A stretch of DNA of 64,000 bases, taken from contig JBLDXI010000009.1 in assembly GCA_047495785.1 (NCBI GenBank), positions 4,216,001 through 4,280,000 on the forward strand. Direction: 5' to 3'. Of this stretch, positions 39,910 to 52,226 are shown piece by piece. The notes under the pieces are model-generated. The model ran no database searches and was not told the origin of the DNA. It was given only the letters and a program-made list of their open reading frames with translations. Within the stretch, counting starts at the first letter, position 1; every line of letters begins with the position of its first letter. The translations under genes were made by a program, and so were the position numbers. Source of the stretch: Lepidodermella squamata (lineage: Eukaryota > Animalia > Gastrotricha).

Positions 39910-42629
39910 TCACGCAGTAATCAATGGCTTATTATTCTCTATCACAAGATCAATACGGTCTACCTTTAGTTTGATTTTTCTTTCTACGGCGAGAATTGGG
40001 TTCAGAGCAAGTGTTTTCAGCAGCAGCCATTTAAATCGAGTGCATTTTCGTTTTCGTTCGAGTTCGATCAGCCCGAGGTATTCAGCTTCGAAGTCGTTGA
40101 CTCCATAATCTACCTCAACGCCCACCGATGAAGTTGAACACGGGTTGCTGTTGAACACTGATGATTTCGAGTTGACGCGGTCCATTTTAGCTCGAATTAT
40201 TTCTCCAAATTTTCTCTTTTCCTTTGCTTGATCTTTCAAGCGGTCTAGGACTAGCTGAATAAAGCTTTTCATCGTCGGATTTAGATGGGCATTTTCGAAG
40301 TGGATAAACGTTTCGTAGGTCTTGAACCCAGCGTCGAATCTTATGAAAAATGGAGTGAGGGTAGGCATGTCGAGCCGAGAGAAGATTATCGCTCCGAAAA
40401 CTACGGACAGAATTAGGCGAATCAGAGCGCTTACAATGCCGACAAAAAGGTTCTTGAAAAAGGAGATGTATGCGTAAAGGGAAAACCCGCGAGCATTATT
40501 GACCAGAATAATCTTGCCGCATGGCTCAATGGTGAAGAGGAAAGCGACAATCAGCTGCATCAGTAAACCCAATCCGATTGTCACGGCAAGAGCGGGCCTT
40601 AAATAATCATTTAGATTCATTTACAGGTGAAATGAGTTATAACATACAGAAGTGCGAATAGGTAGGCTATGATCCATGCTCCATAGCCATAAATCAGAGG
40701 TATTACGAGAACGCAACCAATTATAACACCGGCCAGAGTGAAGACGATCAATTGAATCACGCAGCCTGGAATTACTCTCCAGTAAAAATTAATTAATTGT
40801 GTGAATGTAATAATCATTTACCCCATGCAAACATAACACATTGAAATCCCATGTAGCGGACTGCACCTCCGAGAACTCCTCGGCCGGAGAATGTGCTTGG
40901 GTGGCGAAGAACTTCATACTTCCCTTGAGCTGCTCTCAGCCGGTCGTTCCTGTTTCAAGAGAAAATACTGGGAATCGAGGCCAGCATAGTTCCGATCTTA
41001 CCTGTATGCGATTAAAAGAGTAGCAACTAGCACTACTTGTAAAATTGTGGTGATAACTAAAGCAGCCACATTGCTGTCTAAATACATTAGAGAGAACAAT
41101 TATACTTTTTAGGGGAATGAAACTGAATGGAACTTACAGAACAAGCAATCGATATGTGAAAATGCAATTTTAATGATCCAATGCGTCTTTTCGTCGACCT
41201 TTGCTTGGGTGGCATTGAATGACTCATTCGTGCCTTTGAGCAGCGTTTTGCGAATGATCCTTGAAAAAACTGGCTGGCGCAGCAGAGGTTCAATAACATC
41301 TGACACAATCATGTAAAGAAAGGGAATCAGACTCTCTTTCACCGCTAGAAGCAACCGAATGTTCGTGAAAATGATCTTTAAATGAATCAATCAATGTTCA
41401 TTGTTAAGAATCTCACTTGAAACTTACGTAATAGACGAATACAATGCTTACAGAGACAGTAGAAATAATGACTGCCGAATATCGGAAATCTGTTGCAGTG
41501 ACAAAGGTGACTCAATATGTTAGGCTGAGGTTACACTGCTCACATTTCTTATTTTCGTAAAATCTGAGCTTTTGCATCAGCTTTTTTATTCCTTTCAGGG
41601 GCTCAGCTGGCTCCTCCCGCCGTTTGAATAGCTCGTTGACATAAGATGCATCGGGACTTTCTGCTATCAGCTTGCTAACCTTTGAATACTAAAGAGAGAC
41701 ATGGATCGTGGATGGTTAATGCTGTTATCCCCTACTTTTGATCTGATTTTCAGGCGAAAGAATTTCCACAATCCTTTAGCCACGGAATAAGGCATTGAAA
41801 TGCATAAGAATGCCATGCAAATGCAGGGAATCGCAACTGTGAATACTTGGAGTGTGATTTCAGTATCCTGTAAGAAGATTATTTGGGTAGTATCATCGAG
41901 CATTGACAATTCGCTAACCTCGTCTAAAACGTTTGAAGACTTCTTATAGAGGTCATCGATAATTTGAGCAACTCGCCGTATAGCGATGCCCCAAATCCAG
42001 GCAGTCGAAACCGTATAGCCGAGAGTGGAATCAGACGACATACCGGCAAGTACAGGAAAGTAAAGGATTGCGAAGAGTAAAACATTGACTAGTACAATCA
42101 AGGGCTTCTCCCATTTGTCCAAACAGATTACACTAAAAATCCCAATTCAGATAGGTTTTGTGATTCCTCGGGATTACCTAATGAACAAATCGTTCGGCGA
42201 GAATAGGATCTGTATTCCATCGTAAGCAACCATTGCCCAAAACGCGGCATATGAGAGTCTCATTTGTCCAGAATCTAACATCGGGAATACTGCCAATATC
42301 CCAGGCCGGCCATTGAACAATCGAGGGAACATTCTGCGCCTTCTTTGCAGGAAAAACATGATTGGAATAACAGACGCGGCGCATATAAGTAATATCAAAG
42401 ACGGTAGAGAGTCGTCAGATAATTGAAACTTGTTCTTTCGGCACTTGGCTGCCACTATAGCAGGATCTTCCTGTTCTTCTTCCTCATCCGTTGAGTTGTC
42501 TGCAGTTCCGTAAGAATTGATCACAGTTAACAGAGTGTCGAATATCTGTTGAAACATGATTGATTCATCACTCTGAGATGTTTGAAGAATATCAATGGCA
42601 TCTGCTACAAATTCAGAATTCAAAGCCAT
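39910..42629 (-). CDS. STRA6-like: STRA6-like receptor, copy 7
   Basis: NGRPGILAVFP; FDAGFKTYETFIHFENAHLNP; RFKWLLLKTLALNPILAVERK. Confidence 0.85.
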
Positions 42630-42927
42630 GGCAGCCTAAAACAACAAAATAGGAATAATGAAACAATTCCTCAGCTTTTTGTTGCATAATACGGTCTATG
42701 AAGTGCTTTTCAGGTAGAGCAATCACTAACAGCTACACGAAAATATTGATCAAATGATTTTCGGGATACTGCGTCACGATATTCGCTTTAATTGCAGCCA
42801 TGCGCGGTCGATCGATTTTTGGCCAAGAAAGAGGTACAAAATTATTATTAACGGTGCAAAAAAATCGATACAATTTATTGAGTATGTATTCAATCCACGA
42901 CATTTAAACTACGGAAAAAAAGAATTT

Positions 42928-45857
42928 TCAGACGGCAACTTCGGTATCCTTTTTGCCCGGCCTGGCAAACTGATCAAGTTGCAGCTTCATTTTTCTTTCA
43001 ACAGCTAGGATAGGATTCATCGCCAGAGTTTTTAGCAGAAGCCACTTGAATCGCTTGCATCTCTGAATTCGATCAGCCTCGATCAATCGTTGATACTCTT
43101 CCTCCGGTGATTCGATATGATTGATCACATAAGTCAGATTGCTGCGGGCGCTTTCTTTCGGATTTCTCGGCGTTCGAATTTCGCGGAGCCTCCTTAACCG
43201 ATCCCTCAACTTTCTTCTCTCCTCCTTTTGTTCCGCTATCCTCTCATGGATCATATGGGTGAAAGCAATCATTGTCGGGTTCAGATGAGCATTCTCGAAA
43301 TGGATGAATGTCTCGTATGTCTTGAAGCCAGAGTCGAATTTGATGAAAAACGGCGTTAATGTTGGCATGTCAAGCCGCGAGAAAATGATGGCGCCGAATA
43401 CGACCGACATTACAAGGCGGAGGATTGCACTGACGATGCCGACAAAGAGATTTTTGAAGAATGCAACGTAGGCGTAGAGTGAGAAGCCACGTGGATTGTT
43501 GACCATTATCACCCGGCCGCATGGTATCACAGTGAAGAGGAATGCAACCATGAGCTGCATAATGATTCCAAGGCCTAATGTTACCCCTAAAGGAGGCCTG
43601 GCGAAAACAAATAATTTAGTGAAGATTTGATACATCCGATGAATGACTTACAAAAGGGCTAGTATGTAGTTTATTATGAAGCCCCCATACCCGTGCGCCA
43701 CAGGAAGGATTATTACACAGCCGATAATGACCCCGGCCAGGATGAATACAATCAGTTGAATGACACAACCTGAAAAATCATTATAAGTCATTTTATTGAG
43801 TTGAATCGAGGCTTTCCTACCCCAAGCAAACATGACGCATTGAAACCCCATGTAACGAACAGCTCCTCCAATAACTCCTCGACCTGAAAACATTGAAGGA
43901 GGTCTAATCACAGAATATTTCCCCTGCGCAGCTCTCAATCTATCATTCCTAAAATATCAAAAAAGTAGGAAAACTGGAAACAAACATTATGGAAACTCAC
44001 TTGTAAGCATTGAACAACGTTAATACTAAGATGATTTGTAAAATCGTCGTAATAATTAGGGCCAATAGATTCGAATCTGAAGAATATTTTAGTCTTAGAG
44101 GGTATGCATTTTGATAGCTCTTACAGTAAAGGCAGTCGATGTGGGCGTAAGCAATGTTTATAATCCACATGGTTTTCTCCTCGACTTGAGCCATTGTTTC
44201 GTTTAGTGTCATATTTGACTTCCTCAGAAGAGTTTTCTGAATGACTCTTGAGAAGACGGGCATCCTCAGAAGCGGTGAGATCAATTTGTCGACAAGCCCG
44301 CGAAACAAAGGAACGAAAGCTTCATTGACAATTAACAATATCCGGATGTTCGAGAAAATGATCTAATAATAGGGTAATTTAATAAAATAAGTCTAGAAAT
44401 CGATACTCTTACGTAATAAATGAAAACAGTGCTTATAGCAACTGTTGATAACAGGATAGTTGAGTAGCGAAAATCTGGTGTAATTATGAAAAGTTGTTTG
44501 CCCGGCATCTCGAGATTAATAAAGCTTACATGGTGTTCTAACGTAAACCTTGGCTAGAAACTTTTTGATGCCTTTCAGCTCCTGAGGCTGACCTTTCCGT
44601 TTAAGCATTTCTATGACGTATTTACCCTCCAAAGTCTCCTTGCAACTCAGCTCCTTGCTGATAGCTGAATACTGCAAAAATAAAACATTGTAGGAGAAGG
44701 AGCAAGCTTTCTCAACCATTTTCACCTTTGAATTTAGCATTCCTCTGTAGTATTTGACGAGACCCAATACGAGCTGTATCGGTAAACTTATGCAGAGGAA
44801 GAGCATGCATAGACACGGTAGGGCGACTGTAAAGACCTGAATTGTTCTTTCCGTGGTCTAGATATCATAAAGTTGGCAATGTGAGACATATATGGTATCG
44901 GCAAACCGGATTTAGAAGATTGGAATCATTGGTCTGAATATCATGAAGGACTTGCTCAACCCTCCTGACTGCCAAGCCCCATGTCCAAGCCGTTGAAATG
45001 GCATAACCTAGGATAGAGTCCATGCCCATTCCGCCTATTATCGGAAAGTAGAGTAGTCCGAAAAGCAATACGTTCACCAAAACTATAAGTGGCTTCTCCC
45101 ATCTGTCTAAGCAGAGCAAACTAGAAAATCATAAAATTTTAGATCCTTTATTTTGATTAAATTGGAGCTAATTTCACCTGAGAAATAGATTATTCCGGTC
45201 AAAAATAATCTGAATTCCATCGTAAGCCACCATAGCCCAGAAGGCGGCTGAGGAAAGTCGGAAATTGCCGAGATCGATGATCGGATACGGCCTTAAGAGT
45301 CCTGGCCTTCCTCCAGCCAATTTTAAGAACGAGTGTCGTCGCTTTTGTAAGAAAAACATAAGCAAGATCACAGACGCCGCGGCTATAAGCAGTATGATGG
45401 ATGTTAAAGAATCTCGATTGAATTGGTACTTATTCTCGGCGCATTTCCGCGCGATTTCGGCCGGGCTGTCCTCGCTATCCCCAGAATCCTCGGGTGCGCT
45501 CTCCGTGGTTGAGTCAGTGCTGTTATCAGAATCATTATCTTCACCCGAAGAACCGGACGACGATATGAATTGCATGGCAATATCGAAAATTTGTTGGAAC
45601 ATCAACGACTCATCGCTTCTGCCTTCGTTGCAGTCAACTGGTTCACTTGCAAATTCATTGAAACTGCTGACAATGGAACCCAGGGTGGACGTCTTTAGAT
45701 CCGCATCCTCTTGTTCGGGTAAGCTAGAATTTGCCGTAGTTGTCATCGGAACTACGTTGCCTGGCATAGGAATTAGCTGGCTTGTATAGATATACCAAAT
45801 TTTAGAAGTAACTATGAGTATGCACGATGTAGATAAGTTCGAATCGAACAAGCCCAT
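42928..45857 (-). CDS. STRA6-like: STRA6-like receptor, copy 8
   Basis: GGRPGLLRPYP; FDSGFKTYETFIHFENAHLNP; RFKWLLLKTLAMNPILAVERK. Start is provisional. Confidence 0.85.
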
Positions 45858-46020
45858 CGATCGGTGGAATGCATAGTCAAAGCATTAAATATGCATGATT
45901 TTACGCAGCCAGGTATGTGCTCAATCTTTGATGGCTCAACAAATCGAAAATGGCACTGAATTCTTTATTTCATTTGTAACATAGCATAGTAGTGAACGAT
46001 AGCGGCGTCTTATTGATGAG

Positions 46021-48773
46021 TTACTGCTTATTTTCCTTGTCCTTATTTTCGTCTGTTTTCTTTTCGCCATCCTTCTCCGCAAATACATCCAATTTCAGCT
46101 TCATTTTTCGCTCAACAGCTAACATCGGGTTGAGAGCCAGAGTTTTCAATACATGCCATTTGAAACGTTTGCATCTCTTGAGCCGGTCCGCTTCAATAGC
46201 CGCCTTGTAGTCTTCGTCGTCGAACTCAACCACCGAATCGCCGTTCTTGCTTGAAGAAGCTGCATTAGCCGGTCTACTCCTTCGACGCATTAGTTCTCGC
46301 AGTTGTGCTCGTTCCTCGGCTTGTTCGACAATCCTCGCAGTTACAATTTGCATGAAAGCTGTCATCGTTGGGTTGAGATGCGCGTTTTCAAAGTGGATAA
46401 ACGCCTCGTAAGTTTTGAAACCAGCGTCGAATCTGATGAAAAACGGCGTGAGAGTTGGCATGTCCAAACGTGAGAAAACAATGGCACCGCAAACGAGGGA
46501 CATTATAAGGCGCAATAGAGCTGTTACAAGTCCGACGAACAAGTTTTTGAAGAAGCAAACGTAGGCATAGATTGAGTAGCCCCGCGGGTTGTTGGCCAAT
46601 ATCACTCTGCCACAAGGTATCGCTGTGAAGAGGAATGCTGACATTAGCTGTTGCAGTATACTTAGGCCAAATGATACAGCTATAGCAGGTCTGAAACAGA
46701 CGGCGAATACATCTCAATATAAGAGAAATCTCCGGTTTTTACATACAAAAGAGCTAGGATGAAGTCTATGACAAATTTGCCATAACCATATGCCACAGGT
46801 ATGATGATAACGCAGCCGATAATTACACCAGCCAGAGTGAATAGGATCAATTGGAAGATGTAACCTGGATCAAAATAATTAATCTACATCAAAAGTTAGA
46901 ATTAGGAACATCATCTCATACCCCAAACAAACATGACGGCTTGAAAGCCCATGTAACGAACCGTACCCCCTATCACACCACGGCCGGAAAACAGTTCAGG
47001 TGGTCGAACTACCTCGTACTGACCTCTGAAAGCTCGCATTCGGTCGTTCCTAGAGAAAAATGGTGAATTATCGGATGACATCAGGCTGAATTTACTTATA
47101 AGCTGCGAATAGAGTGAGGACAAGGACAATCTGCAGGAGGACGCAGAGGATCAGCGCTGCGAGGTTGCTGTCTGAAAACCCCAAGGTACAAAAGTAGTTT
47201 AAGCAAATTTGATGATTTCTGAAACTTACAATAAAAACAGTTGACATGAGCCTTCATTACGCTCAGGATCCAGTCGACTTTTTTCGGCAAGAAATCGGGC
47301 GTGTAATCTGATGCATTTTTCAGCAGGGTTTTGTTAAGAATCTTCTGGAACACCCCAGTTTCTAGAAGAGGCCTAGTTACGTCATCGACCAAGGAATAGC
47401 CCAGCGGAATGGCGTAACGACCCGTCCAAACTAGAGCGTAAATCTCGACGAATGTAACCTGAGTATAAAAAAAGTCAATAAAAATGTGTTGCAGCAATAT
47501 ATTAGTTACGTAGTAAAGAAAAACAATGCCAACGCCAACTGTCGATAGAAATACGGTCGAATATCGGAAATCTGAAAATGACGCTTCGTTCGATGAAATT
47601 CAGGTTGATATCCGAAGGCTTACATGGGGTATTCTTTAAAAACATGATGCGAGCCAAAAACTTCTTGATGCCAGTAGGTTCCACCTTGGGCGGCCGCTTC
47701 TTGATAAGCTCTTGCACGTACTTGAACTCTGGTGTTTCCGTGTATATCGGCATTTTGTTAACCGGTGAGTATTTCGATGGTGACTTGCCGACGTAATACA
47801 AGTAAAGCCCGCGAACCACCTCAAAAGGTAGGGCAACGCATAAATAGGCCATACAGACTACTGGTATCGCGAAACTGAGAATTTGTAAAGCCGTTTCTGC
47901 AGCCTGAATGAAAGATGGATTCGAGAAAAATAGAAGAGAATCGGCAACGACTTACAAAATCTAATCCACCTTCGTCATCCGTCATCAACTTATCGGCGAT
48001 CTGCTTCGCGCGTCTAACGGATAGCGCCCACATCCACGCGGTAGAAATCATGTATCCCAGCGTCGAATCGGCCGCTTTACCGGCAATGACCGGGAAATAC
48101 AGTATAGCGAAAATCAAGACGTTGCACAGGACGATGAGAGGTTTAACCCATTTGTCGAAACAAAGCAGGCTGGTGAAAAATTGTTAAACACTATTTTCTG
48201 TGGTAATTCAGTGGCTACTCACCCAATAAAGAGGTTTGATCGATCGAAGATAATCTGAAGACCATCGTAAGCAACCATCATCCAAAAAACCATGTAGGTG
48301 AATCGAAAGTGACCTGGGTCTATTATAGGGTAAGGCCTCAGCAGGCCCGGGCGGCCTCCAAAGAGTCCTCTCGCAATATTTCGCCGTCTTTGCAGCAAAA
48401 ACATCAGAGAAATGACAGTCGCTGCGGTGATCAGCAGCGTAACAGATGGCAACGAATCGTCCGTAAATGCAGCGTCGTTTTTCTTGCATTTCGCGATCTC
48501 CTTCATTTCTTCCATTTCCTCATCTTCCTCATCATCTCCGGAAAATGTGTCGAAAACAGGTTTCACTGCCTCGAACAGCGCCCTAACTGCCGCCATCGTC
48601 TCTTCAGGGTCAAGGCCCAGCATGCTGAATGAGAACGGCGTGTTCTCAGTCGTTTGGAACGGATTGATGTAGGTGACATTTTCAGAATCTGGGTCGTAGT
48701 TATCGTAATAATCTGTGACATTCGGATCAGCCGAGTCGAGCGAAGTAACTACTATAGGAGAATTATCCGACAT
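46021..48773 (-). CDS. STRA6-like: STRA6-like receptor, copy 9
   Basis: GGRPGLLRPYP; FDAGFKTYEAFIHFENAHLNP; RFKWHVLKTLALNPMLAVERK. Confidence 0.85.
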
Positions 48774-50429
48774 CCTCGAAAGATGACCAGTAAATAGAAT
48801 GAGTGCGCAGGTCGCCGCCTTTCAAGTGCAAGTTATCTCGCTGGTTTATACATCAAAACTCAGGCATCTGGCGGTTCTTTCGAGCTTACGGGAGCATTAC
48901 TCTGGCATTCTTGAAGGCACACATATGAATATATATGTATTATATACATATTATTATTTACGTTCATTACGCCGGTGACAGAGCACATGTGTGTTGGTAT
49001 GCATTTACACCTGTATTCATTTCTCTCTCTCTGTTGCACTTCGTGTGGGCTTTTTCACGCTTTTTCGCATTTTTTAGAATCCATTACTCGGTGCTTACGA
49101 CAGCGATGAGATTTCCAAATTCCTATGATCGTGCATAACTTCGCGAATTAAAATAATTCGTATAAAATAGCTTCGAAAAGTAATCTCAATTTTTTGTAAA
49201 ATGTCAAATCTTAATTTAAGGGTGATGAAATGTACTCACTTGTTTATGAAAGGCTGGTGGGTAATAAATGAAATTAGAGTAAGAATGCAATTGTAGCAGA
49301 GCTTGTAGTAAATGCCGGTTCATCCTTAATCCTTAAGAAAACTGGACCAATATACTCGCAATTTAAGAAAAAGGAAAAGGACTCGAGGAAAATCTCAAAG
49401 AGCCTTCTTTTGGGAGAGGCAAGCATATGGTTGATTCTTGGATACCGAGTTTACAACCAAACTCGACACTTTCTCCCGGTCTCGAAGCATGAAGATTGCG
49501 TAAAAGGCCCCGCGAAGCTGTCAATTGAGGAATAAAGCTTGGCCAATGAATAAGGTGGGGAAGAAGAAAGAGGATTTACATATATGTAAGAGGAATAAAT
49601 CACTCTAATCTGGAGATTTCTAAAATTTTCCTAATGTCAAAAGGCAATATTACGGAAAGATAGGCGAGCAACGATGTCCGACTTCATCTCTCATGGGGCA
49701 CCGCTGCAACCAAACAATGTTTAGCCTTTGTTTAAGCGATGTTGTGGCAGGCATAGAGTGTTGATTTCTCGCTTGAATATACTGATGTTAAGACGTTGCT
49801 GGAATAACTTGCGAGGGAGGTTTTTCGATGAGTTGCGGGAGGCGAGAGTATCGGGGCTGATGTGTCTCCGCTGAATCTCGAGCGGATTCAGAGTTGGAAC
49901 TGGTGATGAGTTGCCTATAGTCTTGATGTTTTCAGCAGCGGCGGTTCATGAACCTCAAACCTCGATCGAATTTGTTACATCAATGTATTTGTCTTACCTA
50001 ACTCTATACATTCGATTCAAGGTATTTCTCGCGCTTCAGAAACATTGCTGAAGCGGAAATCAGGCAATTCTTCGAGAGAAACGCATCCAAGTTTTTATTG
50101 CACGTTTGTGTGAGCAAGAGAAGCTTATTCCAAGATTATTGCTTGTTTCACCCACCACCCAACATTGAAACGCGAGCCATTTTGTTTTTTTACTGGCTGG
50201 TCTTTGAAATTCGGGCCGCAACACGTGATACGGTGAAACGTTGGCGATGTCAGCACGAGAAAGCGTTGACTCGGCCCGCGTGTGGCTGTAAAAAAAACCC
50301 TTCGCCCTGTGTGGAACCAACCGTGTGGCGGCGGCGGTTAATTGCCCGACCGGTCGCCAAATAAACAAAGGAAACCTATTAGCCCTCGTCTCGACAAGAG
50401 CATAACTTGGCGCTGCATCAAATTAAGCC

Positions 50430-50436
50430 TATAAAA
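50430..50436 (+). promoter_or_regulatory. TATA box of Sushi gene 1
   Basis: TATAAAA 68 bp upstream of the ATG at 50498; the paralog has TATAAATA in a similar position. Confidence 0.55.
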
Positions 50437-50497
50437 GCCCATGTGACTTTTGGTCGGCCACACCACTCACAGCAAACTAAAACTAGATATTATCATC

Positions 50498-50871
50498 ATG
50501 TCAGCCGCCACTTCATCATTTGTCTTCGTCATCTCTGCCTGCCTGCTGATCGCTCAGGTCTCTGGCCAAACTGTACGATGCGGATCGACCCCAAACGTCG
50601 AAAACGGGTTTATAACCAGCGGAACTGTGCAGGCAGGGTCGACTCGGCTTGTTGGCTGCAACGAAGGTTTCAGGCTTTACGGCGCAGGTCAGATTTCATG
50701 CCAAAACGACGGAACATGGACCTCTCCTGGAACCTGCTACCAAGCTGCTGCAAACATACAAGGTATGAAATGCCCAGAATGCTGTAAGAATCGTTTTAAT
50801 TGTTTCCTGTAATAGCTGAACGCAAACCGCAGCGCGTGTTCATCTACGCGGGAAAGCACGGCCGGCGATAA
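50498..50871 (+). CDS. Small secreted single-Sushi/CCP protein with C-terminal GRR tail, copy 1 (exons 50498-50762, 50816-50871)
   Basis: Signal MSAATSSFVFVISACLLIAQVSG; CCP pattern C..PNVENG..C.EGFRLYGA..I.C..DGTW...GTC; GT-AG intron 50763-50815; exon 2 AERKPQRVFIYAGKHGRR*. Confidence 0.88.
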
Positions 50872-51812
50872 ACCTCCAGCCTATCAATCTCATCGTAACA
50901 AAACTTGCAATCTTGTTGTATGGAAATTGGCGTTTATAAACGCAAATAAAATTTATTTGTTTCCTAATCGAATATATTGATAATTTATCTGTTACCCAGC
51001 TGATTCCTTGTATAGATAGGGTTCCAATGTCATGGAGCATTTGCCTATTATTGACAGTTGACAGAAGAGCATTGCGATGGTAAACCCACCGATCTTCACG
51101 AGAACCTGTGCGGAAGAAGTGAGCTTATCTCCTCCGAATCTTTTCGCAGTCGTGGACGTTATGCGAGGACTTAATTCGGGAATATTCCAGACAACAGCGG
51201 CTGGAATAAACTTCAGACATTCGCTTGCCGTATAAAATAACGATGATGATGGAAATATTGTCAGGCTTCAAAGCGATTTCACACCTTGCCGTCCTGATAA
51301 GTCCCCGAGACCGGAAGCTCGCATCATATCGTTCGAAGCTTCTTCGTTAGAGTATTCGGGTCCGATTTCCCGACGTAAAAGGTCAGCGATAAACGGCCTG
51401 GTGATATTGCGTGCCACTGAACTCGGCGTTTTACAGTCGTTGTTGTTGAAATGCAATGGGCAGTGAACAGAGCAATGTATGGTTTTCAGATGAAGTAAAG
51501 CTGGATACACTAATGCGCGATTTGTCGCGCGCGACAACTTAAGTGCGCGACAGTCGCGCTATTACACGCGACAGAAAAAGATGAAAATGATACTTGGATC
51601 GCTACGACGGCAAATCTGAAATTTGCGTGCGCACTCTTAAGGCTAAAAGACAACAGCATATTCATCAAATTATCAAATTAGTTACGTGTGAAATAGGTTA
51701 ATCGAAGACAGAAATTCGAAAAAAGTTCGCTAGATTCTTAAAACGCAATATTTTTAGCAGGATACTTGTGCACTTTCGAGTCATTTTATTTCATAAAGAT
51801 GTTAAATATTCG

Positions 51813-51849
51813 TGCGACGTTTCGGCCACAAAGTGGCTATCGTCAGGCA
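51813..51849 (-). ncRNA. Minimal hammerhead ribozyme motif (inverted copy)
   Basis: Exact reverse complement of 52190-52226. Confidence 0.7.
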
Positions 51850-52189
51850 GTATCTAAAAACAATCAACAAGACAAAAAAGGCATCAGCAAAATCAACAAG
51901 CTAGTAAGGTGTTCAGGTCAGGATTCAGCTTTTTAATATAGTAAGCTTCGCAAGACTTCACTTCCATGAAGTTGCTCTTAGCTAAGATAGAGGGTTTGAA
52001 GAATAGAGAGTATTTTCTAGATAGAGGATATAAATAGCGTTGTTCTTTGTGTACTTGTTCCACATGTATATTAAAATTATATATTAAACTATATTAAAAA
52101 GCTGAAAAAAGCTGAATCGTGACCTGAACACCTTACTAGCTTGTTGAGTTTGCTGATGCCTTTTTATCTTGTTGATTGTTTTTAGATAC

Positions 52190-52226
52190 TGCCTGACGAT
52201 AGCCACTTTGTGGCCGAAACGTCGCA
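52190..52226 (+). ncRNA. Minimal type-I hammerhead ribozyme motif
   Basis: TGC-CTGACGA-TA-GCCAC-TTT-GTGGC-C-GAAAC-GTC-GCA: CUGANGA and GAAA core, 5-bp stem II, GUC site (cleavage after 52223), TGC/GCA stem I. Confidence 0.7.

Noticed and set aside
45265-45789. 174-aa plus-strand ORF and similar antisense ORFs over STRA6-like exons
   Set aside because: Shadow ORFs on the opposite strand of real coding exons.
51268-51537. SVHCPLHF..DCK resembling a CACTA/Mirage transposase motif
   Set aside because: Too short and degenerate; no TIRs found.
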